A DNA stretch of 64,000 nucleotides from Octopus sinensis (lineage: Eukaryota): assembly GCF_006345805.1 (NCBI RefSeq), contig NW_021831286.1, forward strand, positions 1 through 64,000, read 5' to 3'. This document shows positions 60,829 through 64,000 of this stretch, piece after piece; position 1 is the first letter of the stretch, and every line of letters starts with the position of its first letter. A program made the position numbers and the translations under genes. The notes under the pieces were generated by a model, which was not told the origin of the DNA, ran no database searches, and saw only the letters and a list, made by a program, of their open reading frames with translations.

Positions 60829-62690
60829 TCATGACTTTTCAATCTCATCGATGGTCTCAGGTAAATGTCTTTGGTGTGTCTCGGGCAGAAGGAATACCAA
60901 AGCACTGCTGAGAAGGCTCAGTATTCCAAAACATGATCTGGCCACCACTTCCATATTAGTCTACAAATATAAAGCTCACAATACCCCTGTTTGAGAAGCC
61001 GCGAGAATGGTTGTTGCCAATACCCCTCCTAGTCCTTCGGCAACTTTGAACACCCCGTCGGATATACTCCTGACGTGGCATACCCAACATTACCTAACAG
61101 GGGTCGGCATTATTTCCGAGGAAACCAAGCCGATGATCGAGTAGGCTGCAGTTATCCCAAACTTACCGACTATTGTACTTCCCAGAGCTACGTGTTCAAC
61201 GTTTTTCCAATTTACTTATAAATTAATTATTACATTTACCGATTTCTGGAACCATAAGAGAAGCCAGTATATTACATAAACCAGTGATTAAATAAAGAAT
61301 TGAAATGGCCCGTCGACCCCCTAATCTGGTGGAATTGCGATTTATATTATTTTTAATTAAGCTTCATAATATGAACTTTGAATTAAGTGCCATTGCAAGG
61401 ATGTATGCGGGGATTTCCACAACCGCGCTGAGAGTCATATTTAAATAAAAGTTGCCCTTGAAGTTCCCAATAGAATAAGTCAATCCAAAATAGACAATGG
61501 CAGTGACCATCCTTATACGTCACAAGTTGAGAGCTAACCATATAAACATCAAAATAAATGAAAATAGACGCATTTTGGGTGTCCGAAATAAATCAAAATG
61601 AGTGTGTTTCCTCGTTGGTGCATTCTGAACAGCTCTTCCAAATCAAGTAGAGATCTTACAAAGTTTCATCACGACAGAACTCTTCAAAGGGGACACGTCT
61701 CTTTCCCGCAGCCTTTAGAATTGTTTTTTTGGCACTTTGATATTTTCTGCGTGAAATAAGCCACACGACCGATTCAGGCATACCCCTAGATTAATGGAAA
61801 AAACAAGAAACCAAATAAACAGAACAGGAATCAGTCCAAATACCCCCAGACATACTTGAAAATATATCCAATCGGGGGTCAAATACCCAACTAACACTAA
61901 ACTCAGCATTCCGACACTCCACAAAGAAACCATTGGAATAAAAGCCTTTGCTCGTTGGGACCGAGAAAAGGATTCACTGAGGTATATATAGGCCAAATTA
62001 GACGACATCTAATGTGATTAGGTTAAATAACTCTATTGGTCATGCCAATAAAAAATCGAATGGCAATATAACTTTTCAACGAAGAAATGAATATGATTCC
62101 AAAGTTGAACACGCTCTGTAGCATTAGAAGGATAATGATTGGCCATTTCCTTCCATACCAATCACCCAGAGGCATGAAAATAAACCCAACCACAATTGCT
62201 CCAGACATGTAAGAGGTGTCGGCCAATTGTAGGAGATAAGCATTTTCGCACACGCCATTAAACTATTTTTTAATCAAATAACTTACTTTCGTGGTGAGCG
62301 TGGGTTTGTGTGGCGTAGTGAAATCCCACCCCTCAAAACCGCATGGTTGAGTAGTGTTTGTTTTATTTCCGAAATATACGTATTTTTGACACTTGGAAGG
62401 ATTTCCCTCCTCATTTAAAGGAATGTATTTTTCGATGGATAAATTTTCTTAATTTATTAAAATTTAAACGTGCCAGAGAGTTTGCAGTGGTATGACTCTG
62501 GGGTACGGCCAATAAAAATTGAACTCAACAAATTCCAGGATCCATTAATGGTAATAAAAGCGACGATAGAAAAAACAACAAAATGAAAAAATGTATATTT
62601 TCTTAGCCAGTCATAAAACTTGGAAATGTCAATTTTTCCTATCTCGTCTGAGTCGCTGCTGCTTGTTTGAATTGAAATATTTTCAATCAT
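60829..62690 (-). CDS. SLC22-like organic cation/anion MFS transporter
   Basis: TPESYHC, CENAYL, GDWYGRK, YIYLSESF..SQRA, DLFRTPKMR, YFGL, VEIPAY, GKFGITAAYSII..SSEIMPT, LLPET...LPETI.EIE; several micro-introns; stop at 60829-60831. Confidence 0.85.
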
Positions 62691-62908
62691 TATCAAAAAA
62701 TTAGTCACTAGAAAATGGGTTTTAATTGTTATATTTTTTATGGTTTAATATTACATTTTTGTTAGTCAAAAAGACTTTTATTTAAATGAATTAAAAATTC
62801 TAGTTTAAAATGACTATTTTCAATTCCAAAAAACCAGTTAATTTTATTTATTATTTAATCTTACCTATAAATAAATAAATAAAATAAATAAATAAATCTC
62901 ACCTATAC

Positions 62909-63352
62909 TCAAGCCTTTTGTCCATCGTGTGCTGAGAGCCCGGGATTGTCGTCTGGATAATACCAGCTGGGAAGAGTGAATGGTTCTTTTCTCGATGCTT
63001 TAGGAGCATTCTGTGCGCCTCCAGATTTGCAATAACTGGTGAATTTGCAACAATAACTGGTGAACCACATGACGTAATTAACACGTTAATTGATAAAATG
63101 AATACAAATTCACTTGCTTCTTAATGGCTTCTTAGCCATCCAACAAGACCACCTGCCAAAGGACTTTAACAACAAGAAGCACATCACCCCGATACAATTC
63201 CTCTCAAAAACTGTTCCCCGCCCGTCCCGCACTTGCGTTGGGTCCAGAGTCCAACATCGGGAAAAACTGAGAAGGATTTTGAGGATTGTTGGAATCACCT
63301 AATTAATTACCCTAATTAACTGTTGGTGATTCTTGGGTTAAATAATAATAAT
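62909..63352 (+). mobile_element. 5'-truncated LINE 3' end with (TAA)n tail and 14-bp TSD
   Basis: AATCTCACCTATAC at 62895-62908 and 63353-63366; tail TAAATAATAATAAT; the residual frame only weakly resembles the Jockey/I C-terminus. Confidence 0.72.
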
Positions 63353-63559
63353 AATCTCACCTATACATTTTATCCATTATTGATTCTTAAAGATATTAGT
63401 AAATAGACTTTATCACGGACAGTGCGTGTGACATAAACGAGTAAGGGGTTTCTAAGTTCCAATCCCGAGAGGGAAATGGCTGGCGAATATATATTTGGAA
63501 AGTGAATTGTCTTTTTATCCTTAATGACTACCTTTTGGAAACTGATATTTTATTTGAAG

Positions 63560-64000
63560 TCCAGATAAAATTGATTTTTAATTATTGCGTCTGCTTTCAG
63601 TCGATTCTCCTCCTCTTTGAGCCCGAGCAAATGTCTTCGACGGGTACACTTATCCATTTTACAGGGCAGGTCACTTTTGTGATTGCATGCTTCGCCGCTG
63701 TAGAAAGGAGTTTATACTCCGGGAGCATGCTTTCCAATGTTATCTCGATCACGATTGACTGGATATATGCTCGCGTAGATTCCTGGACTTGTAAGGAGTT
63801 CTGGTAGTGTTTATAGAATCTGGATGTTATTCCATCCCACGTAATAACCACGGTACGACATTCATCTTTGCATTATGGATTACCTTCAATTCGTTTGCCA
63901 AAAGTCATATTTAGTAATTTCTCAACTTCCACATGCTTGAGAAGTAATCCCAATTTCGATCAGCTTAATGATGTTCCGAACTTTGTCGTAGAAAAAAATA
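63560..64000 (-). mobile_element. RLE-type non-LTR retrotransposon C-terminus (TWDG family), continues beyond the window
   Basis: FFYDKVRNIIKLIEIGIT...VEVEK..KYD.LANEL...VITWDGITSRFYK...AYIQSIVIEITLES. Confidence 0.75.

Overview
AT-rich eukaryotic genomic DNA; not prokaryotic, and there is no CRISPR array. Compact host genes split by very small spliceosomal introns (22-30 nt, mostly GT-AG, some GC-AG) sit among dense, nested transposable elements. Host genes I can reconstruct by hand: METTL1/Trm8, a shortened talin-like FERM protein, RFC2, a CD225/dispanin protein, ODF3-like, ANKMY2, an Abi-like SH3 protein, an unidentified large protein, CTDNEP1 and an SLC22-like transporter. Talin, dispanin and ciliary genes together with micro-introns suggest a ciliated animal with a reduced genome such as a dicyemid (inference only). 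Mobile elements: at least six CRE-like RLE retrotransposon copies (one near full length with an N-terminal PHD finger), Jockey/I- and RTE-like LINEs (one with a 2A-like motif), hAT, pogo/Tigger, Merlin, Tc1-like and Ginger-like integrase DNA transposons (several with host-sized micro-introns), and a Helitron carrying a 96-bp tandem array. Two nested stacks can be resolved from their TSDs (41030-52414 and 55584-59517). At two loci, LINE 3' ends have inserted repeatedly just before ATCTCA. A collapsed rDNA relic lies at the start of the window. Several frameshifts are single missing bases in short homopolymer runs and are probably assembly errors. All protein identifications are from recalled family motifs, not database searches.
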